The notes under the pieces: model-generated
The model's database searches: none
Seen by the model: only the letters and a program-made list of their open reading frames with translations
What the model was told of the DNA's origin: nothing
Shown here: in pieces, positions 39,676-50,425 of the stretch
How the letters are laid out: each line of letters begins with the position of its first letter
Position numbering within the stretch: position 1 is the first letter of the stretch
DNA from: Polyangiaceae bacterium
GTDB taxonomy: Bacteria > Myxococcota_A > Polyangia > Polyangiales > Polyangiaceae
DNA: 64,000 nucleotides
Assembly (NCBI GenBank): GCA_035063585.1
Contig: JAPSGB010000012.1
Span: 64,001 to 128,000 of the forward strand
Direction: 5' to 3'
Made by a program: the position numbers and the translations under genes

Positions 39676-41280
39676 GTGCCTAAGTTCAAGATCGACAATC
39701 GCGAGATCGAATTCGAGCCCGGCGACACGATCATGCGTGCCATCTATCGGCACGGCATCGACATCCCGCACTACTGCTGGCACCCCGGGCTCAGCGTGGC
39801 GGCCAACTGCCGCATGTGCCTGGTCGAGGTGCTCCCGCCGCCCGGTCGTCGCGGCCCGATGATGGACGTGCTCGGGTGGGACTCGGAAGCGGAGACGTAT
39901 CTCCTCGAGAAGAAACCGAAGCTCGTGCCCTCCTGCCAGCAGGTCGTGAGCGAGGGGATGGAGGTCCTCAGCGAGTCGAGCCCGCACGTGGAGCGCGCCC
40001 GCTCGGCGGTCCAGGAGTTCTTGCTCCTCAATCACCCGGTGGACTGCCCCACCTGCGATCAGGCGGGCGAGTGCCGCCTCCAGGATTACTGGCTCGAGCA
40101 CCAGCACGCGAAAAAGCGCATGACGGACGAGATCCTGCACATGCCCAAGGCGCAGGTGTTCGGTCCGACCATCGTCTATGACGCCGAGCGCTGCGTGCTC
40201 TGCACGCGCTGCATTCGTGTGTGCGAAGAGGTCGCCAAGGATCCGGTGCTCTCGAAGCGTGAGCGCGGGAACCTCTCCGAGATCGTGCTCGCGCCAGGCC
40301 GGCAGCTCGACCACGCCTACACGCTGATGACCGAGTACGTGTGCCCGGTCGGCGCGCTCACCTCTCAGGACTTCAGGTTCAAGGCACGCGTGTGGTTCTT
40401 GCGGAGCGCGCGCACGGTGTGTGTGGGCTGCGCCACCGGCTGTACGGCGTTCGCAGACTTCGATCCGCGCAACCAGCGCGTCTACCGCTATCGCCCGCGA
40501 GAGAACCTGGCGGAGAACAAGTACTGGATGTGCGATGAGGGGATGCTCGACTATCACCGCATCCACGAGCATCGCCTCCTCGAGGCGCGCGTACGCGGCG
40601 AGCACGCCGAGCGAAGCCTTGCCATGGCGGAGGCGGCCCGGGCGCTCATGGGAGTGGATCCGGACCGGCTCGCGGTGGTGCTCGGAATTCAGCACTCGAA
40701 CGAGGACAATTTCGCGCTGCTCACCCTCGCGCGCGACTTCATCGGGGCGGGCAACTTCTTCATCGCCGGGCGCCCCGCCGGGGAGGGGGACGACATCCTG
40801 CGCGACCCCGACAAGAACCCCAACCGCGCGGGAGTCGTCGCGCTCGCGACGACCACGCCGCCGGGCTCATTCGAGGAGCTCTTGGCGGCGCTCGAGCAGG
40901 GCGAGGTGACTCACGTCCTCGCGCTCGGCTCGGACCTCCCGGATGCGACCGCGGGCAAGACGCTCGAGCGCGCTCGCGCCATCGTCGTGCTCGGCACGCA
41001 CACGAGCGGGTTCGTGGAGCACGCGACGGTGGCGTTGCCCGCGAGCAGTTGGGCAGAGTGCGACGGCACGTTCGTGAACGTGAAGGGCGTCGCCCAGGAG
41101 AGCGAGCGCGTCATCCGTCCGGTCGGCGACTCGCTCCCCGCGTGGGCGTTGGTCGGTGAGCTCGGTCGCGCCATGGGTTTTGCCGTCGAGTACAAGAAGC
41201 TACGAGAAGTTCGCGAGGCGATGGCGCCGGCCCCTGGCGCCGCCGTGGTCGGCTCGCGGCATCTCACCATTTCGGAGTGA
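39676..41280 (+). CDS. nuoG: NADH-quinone oxidoreductase subunit G-like (short, 534 aa)
   Basis: CWHPGLSVAANCRMC, HPVDCPTCDQAGEC, CVLCTRC...CP and CVGCATGC Fe-S motifs. Confidence 0.9.
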   Translation: MPKFKIDNREIEFEPGDTIMRAIYRHGIDIPHYCWHPGLSVAANCRMCLVEVLPPPGRRGPMMDVLGWDSEAETYLLEKKPKLVPSCQQVVSEGMEVLSESSPHVERARSAVQEFLLLNHPVDCPTCDQAGECRLQDYWLEHQHAKKRMTDEILHMPKAQVFGPTIVYDAERCVLCTRCIRVCEEVAKDPVLSKRERGNLSEIVLAPGRQLDHAYTLMTEYVCPVGALTSQDFRFKARVWFLRSARTVCVGCATGCTAFADFDPRNQRVYRYRPRENLAENKYWMCDEGMLDYHRIHEHRLLEARVRGEHAERSLAMAEAARALMGVDPDRLAVVLGIQHSNEDNFALLTLARDFIGAGNFFIAGRPAGEGDDILRDPDKNPNRAGVVALATTTPPGSFEELLAALEQGEVTHVLALGSDLPDATAGKTLERARAIVVLGTHTSGFVEHATVALPASSWAECDGTFVNVKGVAQESERVIRPVGDSLPAWALVGELGRAMGFAVEYKKLREVREAMAPAPGAAVVGSRHLTISE

Positions 41281-41284
41281 GGCG

Positions 41285-43063
41285 ATGACGACAGGCAACA
41301 TCGTCGAGTTCGCGCTGAAGGCGTTCATCGTGGTGATGTTCGGGATGAACCTCGCGGTCATCCTCACCTGGGTGGACCGCCGGCAAGGCTCCATGATGCA
41401 GGATCGGGTCGGCCCGAACCGCGCGGTCGCCTGGCTGCCCCGCCCGCTCGCCCAGGCGCTCATGCTGGTCCCGGCCGCGCTCGCGGCCGGCGGCATCATC
41501 TTCTATTTCCTGAAGATCCCGGCGCTGCCGGTCGAGCGCACCAACCGCGCGATGTTCTTCAGTCAGCTCGCCATCTTCGCGCTCTGGGCGACCGGCGTCG
41601 CGATCGCCGGGCGCGTGCAGCGTCGCGGGATCGACAACAGCCTGGATCGCTTCGTCTCCTCGCTCGGTGATCCGCGCCGGATCTTCTACGCGGGGCTCGC
41701 GGCTCACCTCGGGACGGCGCTCGTCGCCGCCCTGCTCAAGGGCACGCCCGAAGGGCGCCAGCTCCGCGAGATCGGCTATGGCGCGGGCCCGGCGGTGCTC
41801 GCCGCGGCGGTCCTCGCCGGCGCGGTCTACGCCGCGTATTCGATTCGCAAACAGGAACGCGTCGGGCTCAGGCTCGCGGGGCTCCTGCACCCCGCCGCCG
41901 ACGGCTTGAAGACCATCTGGAAGGAGGACTTCATCCCGCCGAACGCCGATCGCTTCCTCCACGGCATCGCGCCGATCGTCTCGTTCTTTCCGGTGCTGGT
42001 CGTGCTGGCGGTGGTGCCCTTCGGTGACACCCTCTGCTTCGCGGTGAAGGCCGGCCACACCGACTACTCTCAGCTCTTGCGCGCGGTGCCGCCCGGTGGG
42101 GTGTGCGTGGAGGGGGCCGTGAAGCTCCAGGTCGTCGACCTCAACGTCGGCATCCTCTACTTCTTCGCGCTCGCCGGCACCGGCATCGTCGGAGCGGCGC
42201 TCGCCGGCTGGGCGAGCGACAATAAATTCAGCTTGCTCGGGGGTCTCCGCGCGGCAAGCCAGATGGTCTCGTACGAGGTCACGCTCGGCCTCACCGTGAT
42301 CGGCGCGCTCATGATCTACGGCACCGTTCGCCTGGACGAGATGGTGCGCTGGCAGGCCGAGAATGCTTGGGGGATCTTCGTGCAGCCGCTGGCCTTCTTC
42401 CTCTTCTTCACGGCGGCGGTAGCGGAGTCGAAGCGCATCCCCTTCGATTTGCCCGAGGGCGAGAGCGAAATCGTGGCCGGCTACTACACCGAGTACTCGG
42501 GGATGAAGTTCGCGATGTTCTTCTTCTCGGAGTACGTCGCGGTGGTCACGGCCTCGGCGCTGATGGTGACGCTCTTCCTCGGAGGGTGGCACCTGCCGTT
42601 CGTCTACCGCGACGGGATCCACGTGGCCTTCGGCGGCACGTCGTACCTCGACGTCCCGCTCACGCAGCTCTCGGCGGTCCTCATCGGGGTCCTCGCCTTC
42701 ATCGGGAAGGTCATCGCGCTCTGCTGGGTCCAGCTCAGCATCCGCTGGACGCTGCCCCGCTTCCGCTACGATCAGCTCATGAAGCTCGGCTGGCGCATGC
42801 TGCTACCGGCGTCGCTCGTGAACGTGCTCGCCACCGGGCTCGTGATGCTGGCGATCGCGTCCGCGGGCGCGGTGGTGCACCAGAGCCTCGCCACGGCGGC
42901 CGAGCTCACCATGGTGGTGGTAGCGGGGACGGGGCTCGCGCTCCTCGTGTGGTTCGTGGCCTTCGTGCTCCGGCCGGTGCACAAGCGCCGCTTGATCGTG
43001 TCGACCTCGGCGAAGTACGCCGAAGCGCAGGGCGGGACGCACACCGCTCGGATGGGCGCCTGA
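41285..43063 (+). CDS. nuoH: NADH-quinone oxidoreductase subunit H (elongated, 592 aa)
   Basis: QDRVGPNR, ADGLK, LRAASQMVSYE, PFDLPEGESE and LPRFRYDQLM motifs. Confidence 0.93.
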   Translation: MTTGNIVEFALKAFIVVMFGMNLAVILTWVDRRQGSMMQDRVGPNRAVAWLPRPLAQALMLVPAALAAGGIIFYFLKIPALPVERTNRAMFFSQLAIFALWATGVAIAGRVQRRGIDNSLDRFVSSLGDPRRIFYAGLAAHLGTALVAALLKGTPEGRQLREIGYGAGPAVLAAAVLAGAVYAAYSIRKQERVGLRLAGLLHPAADGLKTIWKEDFIPPNADRFLHGIAPIVSFFPVLVVLAVVPFGDTLCFAVKAGHTDYSQLLRAVPPGGVCVEGAVKLQVVDLNVGILYFFALAGTGIVGAALAGWASDNKFSLLGGLRAASQMVSYEVTLGLTVIGALMIYGTVRLDEMVRWQAENAWGIFVQPLAFFLFFTAAVAESKRIPFDLPEGESEIVAGYYTEYSGMKFAMFFFSEYVAVVTASALMVTLFLGGWHLPFVYRDGIHVAFGGTSYLDVPLTQLSAVLIGVLAFIGKVIALCWVQLSIRWTLPRFRYDQLMKLGWRMLLPASLVNVLATGLVMLAIASAGAVVHQSLATAAELTMVVVAGTGLALLVWFVAFVLRPVHKRRLIVSTSAKYAEAQGGTHTARMGA

Positions 43064-43073
43064 GGAGGAGACG

Positions 43074-43724
43074 ATGAACGCACCGCTCGGTCCCCGGAAA
43101 GTCGTAGGCACCCCGGTCTTTCGTGCCGGCCGCACGGTCACCGTGCAGAGCTACCTGCCCGAGATCGCCCGCGGCCTCGGGATCACCATGGGGCACTTCT
43201 TCAAGAACACGAAGGAGATGGTGCTCGGGCAGCGGCCGGATCCGGTGCTCGAGAGCATCGAGGACGGGGTCAACACCATCTCGTACCCGGAGCAGCGCCG
43301 CCCCTACCCGGAGCGGTTCCGCGGCGTGCATCGGCTGACGCACCGAGCGGACGGCTCGCCGCGCTGCGTGGCGTGCCTCTGCTGCTCGACGGCCTGCCCC
43401 GCGCAGTGCATGTACATCGTGCCCGCCGAGTACCCCGCCGGGGACGCGCGGCGCGGCTACGAGCGGTATCCGGAGCGGTTCGTCATCGATGAGCTGCGCT
43501 GCATCTTCTGCGGCTTCTGCGTGGAGGCCTGCCCGGTAGACGCGATCCGCATGGACACCGGGATCCACGCGGCTCCCTACGACTCCCGCGATCAGTTCCT
43601 GTTCGACAAGGACCTGCTCCTCGGCTTCCCCGGGCGCGACGGGCAGCATGATCACATCAACCCGCGCACCGAGCCCGGCGATCCGGGCTTCCCGGGCGTA
43701 ACGCGCGACAAGCACGGGCACTGA
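43074..43724 (+). CDS. nuoI: NADH-quinone oxidoreductase subunit I
   Basis: CVACLCCSTACP and CIFCGFCVEACP; GAGGAG SD. Confidence 0.95.
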   Translation: MNAPLGPRKVVGTPVFRAGRTVTVQSYLPEIARGLGITMGHFFKNTKEMVLGQRPDPVLESIEDGVNTISYPEQRRPYPERFRGVHRLTHRADGSPRCVACLCCSTACPAQCMYIVPAEYPAGDARRGYERYPERFVIDELRCIFCGFCVEACPVDAIRMDTGIHAAPYDSRDQFLFDKDLLLGFPGRDGQHDHINPRTEPGDPGFPGVTRDKHGH

Positions 43725-43771
43725 CTGGCGCGGGCCGCTCGGCGAGGCCGCGAGTGACGCGAGGCTCGGCT

Positions 43772-45211
43772 GTGACGGTCGATTACGAGGCGGTCATCGG
43801 GCTCGAGGTCCACGCCCAACTGCTGACTCGGACCAAGCTCTTCTGCGCCTGCAGCACCAGCTTCGGTGAGGCGCCCAACACGAACGTGTGCCCGGTGTGC
43901 CTCGGTCTGCCGGGCGCGCTCCCGGTCGTGAATCGACGCGCGGTCGAGTACGCGGTGCGCGCCGCGCTCGCGGTCGGCTGCCAGGTGCACGAGTCGAGCG
44001 TGTTCGCCCGGAAGCATTACTTTTATCCGGACCTTCCCAAGGGTTACCAGATCAGCCAGTACGACCGCCCGCTCGCTACGCGAGGGGCGCTCGAGCTCGA
44101 GGTGGAGGGCCGGAGCCTCCGCGCTGGGATCACCCGTATCCACATGGAAGAGGACGCGGGCAAGAACGTCCATGGCGTCGGAGGGGACTCCCTCGTGGAC
44201 CTGAACCGAGCCGGGACACCGCTCATCGAGATCGTGGGCGAGCCGGATCTGCGCGCGCCAGCGGAGGCGGCCGCATACCTGCGCGCGTTGCGCGACGTGC
44301 TCACCTTCATCGGGGTGAACGACGGAAATCTGGAAGAGGGGAGCTTCCGCTGCGACGCCAACGTATCCATCCGCCCGCGGGGGCAAGCGGGGTTCGGCAC
44401 GCGGGTCGAGCTGAAGAACCTGAACTCCTTTCGCTTCGTGGAGCGGGCGCTCGAGGCCGAGATCGCCCGGCAGACGGTGCTGCTCGACGCGGGGCGCCCG
44501 GTCGAGCAAGAGACGCGCTCGTTCGAACCGGAGAGCATGACGACGCATCGCCTACGCTCGAAAGAGGAGGCGCACGACTACCGCTACTTTCCCGATCCGG
44601 ATCTGCCGCCGCTCCGGCTCGACGCGGCGCTCGTCGAGGCCCAGCGCGCCGAGGTGGGCGAGCTCCCGGCCGCGGCGCGCGCGCGGCTCGCCTCGCGAGG
44701 GCTCTCGGCGCAGGCGGTCGCGACGTTGACCGCGCACCCCGCCACGCTCCGCTACTTCGACGAAGCGGCGAGGCTCGTCCCCGAGCCCGTCCGTGTCGCA
44801 AACTTCATGTTGACCGAGCTGCTCCGCGGCGCTCGCTTCCACGGCCTCGAGGCGAGCTTCCCGATTACGCCGGCGCAGCTCGCGGAGCTGGTCGCGCTGG
44901 TCGCAGACGGCGAGATCAGCGGAAAGCAAGCCAAGGAGGTCTATGCGGCCATCCAGCACGGCTCGCTGGCTCCCCGCGCGGTGGTCCGAGCGCGCGGGCT
45001 CCGCGTCATCGGTGACGCAGACGCGCTCGAGGCGCTCTGCCGGCGGCTGCTCGAGGCCGAGCCCGCGCTCGTCGCGAGCGTGCGTGGGGGCAAGCGAGGC
45101 GTGCTCGGGCACTTCGTCGGTAAAGTGATGAAGGAGACGGGCGGCTCCGCGGATCCCAAGCTGGTGAGCGAGCTCTTGACGCGCCTCATCGAGTCGGAGC
45201 CCGAGGCGTGA
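43772..45211 (+). CDS. gatB: Asp/Glu-tRNA(Asn/Gln) amidotransferase subunit B
   Basis: [32 protein letters not shown] and DYRYFPDPD motifs. Confidence 0.97.
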   Translation: MTVDYEAVIGLEVHAQLLTRTKLFCACSTSFGEAPNTNVCPVCLGLPGALPVVNRRAVEYAVRAALAVGCQVHESSVFARKHYFYPDLPKGYQISQYDRPLATRGALELEVEGRSLRAGITRIHMEEDAGKNVHGVGGDSLVDLNRAGTPLIEIVGEPDLRAPAEAAAYLRALRDVLTFIGVNDGNLEEGSFRCDANVSIRPRGQAGFGTRVELKNLNSFRFVERALEAEIARQTVLLDAGRPVEQETRSFEPESMTTHRLRSKEEAHDYRYFPDPDLPPLRLDAALVEAQRAEVGELPAAARARLASRGLSAQAVATLTAHPATLRYFDEAARLVPEPVRVANFMLTELLRGARFHGLEASFPITPAQLAELVALVADGEISGKQAKEVYAAIQHGSLAPRAVVRARGLRVIGDADALEALCRRLLEAEPALVASVRGGKRGVLGHFVGKVMKETGGSADPKLVSELLTRLIESEPEA

Positions 45212-45296
45212 ACGCGATGAGCGCGGACTCTGGGGGACGCGGTGGCCCGTCCGGCGCAGGATCGCGGGTGGCGTCGGCGTGCGTGGAGGTGGGCGG

Positions 45297-46367
45297 GTGA
45301 GCGCGCTCCCGCACCCGGCGCCGCTGAGCGGCGCGAGCTACTCCGCGGTCGAGCTCGCGCCGGCGGGGGACCGCGTGATCTTGCTCGATCAGCGGCGGCT
45401 CCCCGGCGAAGAGCGCTACCTCGAGCTCGCGGAGCCGAACGACGTCGCGCGTGCGGTGAGCGCGATGGTGGTGCGCGGCGCGCCGGCCATCGGCATCGCC
45501 GCGGCGTACGCCCTCGCGCTGGGCGCGCGCCGGACCGGCATCACCCTGGAAGCGCTCGAGGAGCTCGGGCGCGAGCTCGCCCGCGCTCGGCCGACCGCGG
45601 TGAACCTCGCGTGGGCGGTCGAGCTCATGCTCGGGGTGGCGAGAGCGAGCCCGAACGACGAGCGGGCGGACCGACTCGCTCACCAGGCGCGCGCGATCCA
45701 CCGCGCCGACGTCGCCGGGAATCGACGCCTGGGCGCGCTCGGGGCCGAGCGGGTCCAGGATGGCGCCACCGTGCTCACCCACTGCAACGCGGGCGCGCTC
45801 GCCACCGGCGGGTACGGGACCGCGCTCGGCGTGATCCGAGCGGCGCGCGACGCGGGAAAGCGCCTGCGCGTGGTCGCCGACGAGACGCGGCCGTGGCTGC
45901 AGGGTGCGCGGCTCACCGCGTGGGAGCTGATGCGCGACGGGATCGAGGTGGAGCTGGTCGCCGACGCGGCGGCGGGCTCGCTCTTCGCCGGGGGGAGCAT
46001 CGACCTCGTTGTGATTGGCGCCGATCGCATCGCGGCGAACGGCGACGTAGCGAACAAGATCGGCTCCTACTCGGTGGCGTGCCTGGCGCGGCTCCACGAG
46101 CGACCGTTCTACGTCGCGGCGCCATTCAGCACGGTAGACCTCGCCTGCGCGTCGGGCGCCGAGATCCCGATCGAAGAGCGGAGCCCCGAGGAGGTGACGC
46201 GGCTCGCCGGCGTCGATCTCGCGCCCGCGGGCGCGCGCGCGCGAAATCCGGCCTTCGACGTCACGCCGGCGCGGCTCGTCACGGCGATCTTCACCGAACG
46301 CGGCGTGGTCGAGCCGGTCGGGGCGGCCGGGCTCGCCGGGCTGGCGCGCGAGCTCAGCGAGGCCTAG
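45297..46367 (+). CDS. mtnA: S-methyl-5-thioribose-1-phosphate isomerase
   Basis: [29 protein letters not shown] and NPAFDVTP motifs; GGAGGT SD. Confidence 0.96.
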   Translation: MSALPHPAPLSGASYSAVELAPAGDRVILLDQRRLPGEERYLELAEPNDVARAVSAMVVRGAPAIGIAAAYALALGARRTGITLEALEELGRELARARPTAVNLAWAVELMLGVARASPNDERADRLAHQARAIHRADVAGNRRLGALGAERVQDGATVLTHCNAGALATGGYGTALGVIRAARDAGKRLRVVADETRPWLQGARLTAWELMRDGIEVELVADAAAGSLFAGGSIDLVVIGADRIAANGDVANKIGSYSVACLARLHERPFYVAAPFSTVDLACASGAEIPIEERSPEEVTRLAGVDLAPAGARARNPAFDVTPARLVTAIFTERGVVEPVGAAGLAGLARELSEA

Positions 46368-46376
46368 AGTCGCGCC

Positions 46377-47411
46377 GTGTCCAAGGAAATCGTTCGCGAG
46401 CGAAAGCCATCGTGGCTCAAGGTGCGCGCGCCGGGAGGCGAGCGGTACACGAAGCTCAAGGAGACGCTCCGCGAGCTCGACCTCCACACCGTGTGCGAGG
46501 AGGCCCGCTGCCCGAACGTGGGGGAGTGCTGGGGCGCCGGCACCGCGACCGTGATGCTCCTCGGTGACACCTGCACGCGCGGCTGCCGATTCTGCGCCGT
46601 CACGACGGGGAACCCGCGGGGCGCGGTGGATCCGCGCGAGCCGGAGCACGTGGCTCGCGCCATCGCCAGGCTCGAGCTCACCTACGTGGTGCTCACCATG
46701 GTCGATCGCGACGATCTGCTCGACGGTGGCGCGAGCCACATGGGGCAGGCGGTCGCTGCGCTCCGCCGCCATCAGCCCGAGCTCCTGGTCGAGACGCTGG
46801 TCGGCGATTTCGGCGGTCGTCACCGGGATCTCGACGTCATGGTCGACGCGGGGCCGGACGTCTTCGCGCACAACATCGAGGTGACTCGCCGGCTCACGCC
46901 GCTGATTCGTGATGCCCGCTGCAGCTACGATCGGTCGCTGGCGGTGCTCTCGTACGCCAAAGAGCGCGCCCCCGCGCGGCTCGTGAAGAGCTCGATCATG
47001 GTCGGCATCGGCGAGACGGACGACGAGGTCCTCGAGACGCTCGCGGATCTGCGCGCCGCCGGGGTGGACGTGGTCACGGTCGGCCAGTACCTGAGGCCGT
47101 CGCCGAAGCACGCGAGCGTGGCGCGTTACGTCGAGCCGGAGGTGTTCGCGCGCTTCGAGGCGGAGGCTCAGGCGCTCGGCTTTGCGTTCGTGTCCTCGGG
47201 TCCGCTCGTGCGCTCGAGCTATCACGCAGCCGAGGGCTTCATCGAGGCGAGGCTCCGGGGGGCGCGCCCGCTCCCGGCGGGCGTGGCGCACACCTCGCCG
47301 CCGCCGCTCGAGCCCGCGTCGCGGCCGCGAGCGCCGACTCCGGGCTCGGACCTGGTCCCCATCGAGGCGTTACTCCGTCGGCCCGGAAGCGCGACGGGCG
47401 AGCGGGCGTGA
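46377..47411 (+). CDS. lipA: Lipoyl synthase
   Basis: CEEARCPNVGEC, CTRGCRFC and VRSSY motifs. Confidence 0.97.
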   Translation: MSKEIVRERKPSWLKVRAPGGERYTKLKETLRELDLHTVCEEARCPNVGECWGAGTATVMLLGDTCTRGCRFCAVTTGNPRGAVDPREPEHVARAIARLELTYVVLTMVDRDDLLDGGASHMGQAVAALRRHQPELLVETLVGDFGGRHRDLDVMVDAGPDVFAHNIEVTRRLTPLIRDARCSYDRSLAVLSYAKERAPARLVKSSIMVGIGETDDEVLETLADLRAAGVDVVTVGQYLRPSPKHASVARYVEPEVFARFEAEAQALGFAFVSSGPLVRSSYHAAEGFIEARLRGARPLPAGVAHTSPPPLEPASRPRAPTPGSDLVPIEALLRRPGSATGERA

Positions 47412-47514
47412 CGCGCCTCCGCCGCGCGCTCGGAGCCGGGCCCGGCGGCGCGCTGGAGCGCTGACGGAGGAGCCGGGTTGCGCTAGGCTCCGGAGCGCCC
47501 GAGGAGCCTTGACC

Positions 47515-48084
47515 ATGACCGTCGCCGACGAGAGCCTACTGAACAAGGTCGCTGCCAAGCTCGGCGAGCCGCCGAGCTACGCGGAAGCGCGAGTGAGCGG
47601 ATCGCTCCTGACCGCGGCTGCGGCGTCGTATGGCTCGCAGCCGCTCGGTGACGAAGTGACCCAGCCCACCGGGTTCGATCCGGCCGCCGCAGCGCTCTTC
47701 GAGGCGGTGGTCGAGAGCGCGTTCCTGGTCGCGCACGCCGACGGCGAGTTCGACGACTCCGAGCAGCGCGCGTTCCGGCACGTCGTGCTCGCCGCCTGCG
47801 GGGATCGCGTGGCGGAGGCGCAGATGAGCGCGCTCCTGGCGGACCTCGGAGATCTTCTCGAGGAGGACGGGCTCGAGAAGCGCCTGTCGATGGTCGCACG
47901 CGCCATCGTCCGCCCCGAGCAGCAGCGCGAGGTGCTGCGGATGGCGGCGCTCATCGCGCATGTGTCGGGCGGCGTGAGCACCATCGAGCGCGGGGTGCTC
48001 GAGCGGTTGGCGCGCGAGTTCGGGCTCGACGAAGCGGCGACCGGCCAGGCGCTCATCGAAGCCGATCGCGCCTTGTCCGACTGA
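47515..48084 (+). CDS. TerB family protein
   Basis: GAGGAG SD; LVAHADGEFDDSE and GGVSTIE...LAREFGL. Confidence 0.78.
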   Translation: MTVADESLLNKVAAKLGEPPSYAEARVSGSLLTAAAASYGSQPLGDEVTQPTGFDPAAAALFEAVVESAFLVAHADGEFDDSEQRAFRHVVLAACGDRVAEAQMSALLADLGDLLEEDGLEKRLSMVARAIVRPEQQREVLRMAALIAHVSGGVSTIERGVLERLAREFGLDEAATGQALIEADRALSD

Positions 48085-48268
48085 GCCGTCGCGCCGCGTG
48101 GAACCGGCTCCGGACGCCACGGCGCGCGATGACGCGCTGCGCTCACGCGCGCATTCACGACGCGGCGCGTGATAGGTCGAAAATTGTGCTCGATGGGGTT
48201 ACAGGAGGAAGGACGTTCGTCTACACTCCCGCGCGCGTCCGTCGCGAGGAGCCGGGCGCGCCAGCGAC

Positions 48269-49399
48269 ATGACCACGACAGCGGAAAATCCCAACGCAAC
48301 GGCCTCCGGCGACGACGCGGTGCTGCAGGTCCTGAACCCGGACGGTTCGCTCGATCCCAAGCACGACCCCCGCCTCGAGCCCGCCGAGGTGCTCGCGCTC
48401 TACCGCCACATGGTGACGACCCGGATCGTGGACGAGCGGCTGGTGGCGCTGCAGCGCCAGGGCCGCATCGGCTTCCACATCGGGTCGCTCGGCGAGGAGG
48501 CATCCATCATCGGCTCTGCCTACGCCATGCGGCCGAAGGACTGGATCTTCCCCTGCTACCGCGAGTTCGGCGCGGCGCTCCTCCGCGGCATGCCGCTCCA
48601 GCGCTACCTGGACAACATGTTCGGCAACCGAAACGACCCGGCCAAGGGGCGTCAGATGCCGGATCACTACACCTATCGCGCCGCCAACTGGGGGTCGGTG
48701 AGCTCACCGATCGGCACCCAGATGTCGCAGGCGACGGGTTTTGCCTGGGCAGCGAAGCTGCGAAAAGAGGAATTGGCTGCGCTCGTTTACTTCGGAGAGG
48801 GTTCGACCAGCTCGAACGAGTTCCACGTCGCGATGAACTTCGCCGGCGTCTTCAAGACGCCCGTGGTGTTCTTCTGCCGGAACAACGGCTGGGCGATCAG
48901 CGTGCCGGTCGAACGTCAGACGGCCTCGCGGACCTTCGCGGAGAAGGGAGTCGGGTACGGCGTGCCTGCGCTCCGCGTCGACGGCAACGACATCTTCGCG
49001 GTGATCGCGGCGACGCGGCGCGCGGTCGCCCACGCGGCTGCCGGCAAGGGCGCGACGCTCATCGAGTCGCTCTCGTACCGGATGGGCGGCCACTCGACCA
49101 GCGATGATCCGAACGCCTATCGTAGCAAGGACGCGCTCGAGCCCTGGTTCGGCCGCGATCCCATCGCGCGCCTCCGCCAGCACCTCGAGCGGGGCGGCGC
49201 ATGGGACGACGCGCGCGAGGAGGCGCTCCGCTCGGAGATCGAGCAGCGCTTCCGTGACGCCGCCGAGGCCGCCGAGCACACGCCCCCGCCGCCGCTCGAG
49301 TCGATGTTCGAGGACGTCTACGAGAGCCCGCCGTGGCACCTCGCCGAGCAGCGCACGGAGTTGCTCACCGGGCCGCGCGCCCCCTCATCGCACCACTAG
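48269..49399 (+). CDS. 2-oxoacid dehydrogenase E1 alpha (probably branched-chain type)
   Basis: QRQGRIGF, GRQMPDHY, GEGSTS...NN ThDP motif, HSTSDDP. Confidence 0.93.
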   Translation: MTTTAENPNATASGDDAVLQVLNPDGSLDPKHDPRLEPAEVLALYRHMVTTRIVDERLVALQRQGRIGFHIGSLGEEASIIGSAYAMRPKDWIFPCYREFGAALLRGMPLQRYLDNMFGNRNDPAKGRQMPDHYTYRAANWGSVSSPIGTQMSQATGFAWAAKLRKEELAALVYFGEGSTSSNEFHVAMNFAGVFKTPVVFFCRNNGWAISVPVERQTASRTFAEKGVGYGVPALRVDGNDIFAVIAATRRAVAHAAAGKGATLIESLSYRMGGHSTSDDPNAYRSKDALEPWFGRDPIARLRQHLERGGAWDDAREEALRSEIEQRFRDAAEAAEHTPPPPLESMFEDVYESPPWHLAEQRTELLTGPRAPSSHH

Positions 49400-49440
49400 T
49401 CGAACAACCGGATCCGGGTCTCTTCCCGCTGGAGTGATTC

Positions 49441-50415
49441 ATGCCCCAGATGAACATGGTTTCTGCCATCAACGACGCGCTCCGCACCGCCATGCGCCGC
49501 GACGATCGCATCGTGCTGATGGGTGAGGACGTCGGGAAGGTCGGCGGCGTCTTTCGCGTCACCGCTGGCCTCTTCGATGAGTTTGGCGACGACCGCGTGA
49601 TCGACACGCCGCTCAGCGAGGGCGGTATCATCGGCACCGCGGTCGGGATGGCGATGTACGGGATGCTGCCGATCCCCGAGATCCAGTTCGCGGACTTCAT
49701 CTGGCCCGCCTACGACCAAATCGTGAGCGAGCTCGCCAAGCTCCGCTATCGCTCGGGGGGTGAGTACCCGGCCAAGATGGTGATCCGCACCCCGGTCGGC
49801 GGTGGGATCCGCGGAGGGCACTACCACTCGCAGCACCCCGAGGCGCAGTTCATCCACGTCGCGGGCTTGAAGGTCGTGTGCCCTTCGAACCCGCACGACG
49901 CCAAGGGCCTCTTGCTCGCCTCCATCGCCGATCCGGATCCGGTGCTGTTCTTCGAGCCGAAGCGGATCTATCGCGCGGCCAAGGGTGACGTGCCGGAGGG
50001 GGACTACACGGTGCCGCTCGGCAGCGCCGCGGTGGCCCGGGAGGGGAGCGCGGTCACCGTGCTGGCGTACGGCGCGATGCTGTACGAGGCGCTCGACGCG
50101 GCGGCGAAGGCCGCCGAACAGGGCGTGGAGTGCGAGGTCATCGATCTTCGCACGCTCTGGCCGGTGGATATCGAGACCATCCTCGCGAGCGTGCAGAAGA
50201 CCGGGAGGTTGGTCGTCGTACACGAGGCTCCGCGGACCTGCGGGTTCGGCGCGGAGCTCGTGAGCCTGGTGGTCGAGAAGGTCTTTTATCACCTCGAAGC
50301 GCCGCCGCGGCGGGTCACGGGTTTCGATACGCCGTTCCCGTACAGCCTCGAGATGGAATACCTGCCGCTCTCCCACCGAATCCTTCCCGCGGTCATCGAG
50401 ACCGCTCGCAGCTGA
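49441..50415 (+). CDS. 2-oxoacid dehydrogenase E1 beta
   Basis: GEDVG..GGVFR, DTPLSE, EIQFADF and HSQ motifs. Confidence 0.94.
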   Translation: MPQMNMVSAINDALRTAMRRDDRIVLMGEDVGKVGGVFRVTAGLFDEFGDDRVIDTPLSEGGIIGTAVGMAMYGMLPIPEIQFADFIWPAYDQIVSELAKLRYRSGGEYPAKMVIRTPVGGGIRGGHYHSQHPEAQFIHVAGLKVVCPSNPHDAKGLLLASIADPDPVLFFEPKRIYRAAKGDVPEGDYTVPLGSAAVAREGSAVTVLAYGAMLYEALDAAAKAAEQGVECEVIDLRTLWPVDIETILASVQKTGRLVVVHEAPRTCGFGAELVSLVVEKVFYHLEAPPRRVTGFDTPFPYSLEMEYLPLSHRILPAVIETARS

Positions 50416-50425
50416 GGAGCCACCG

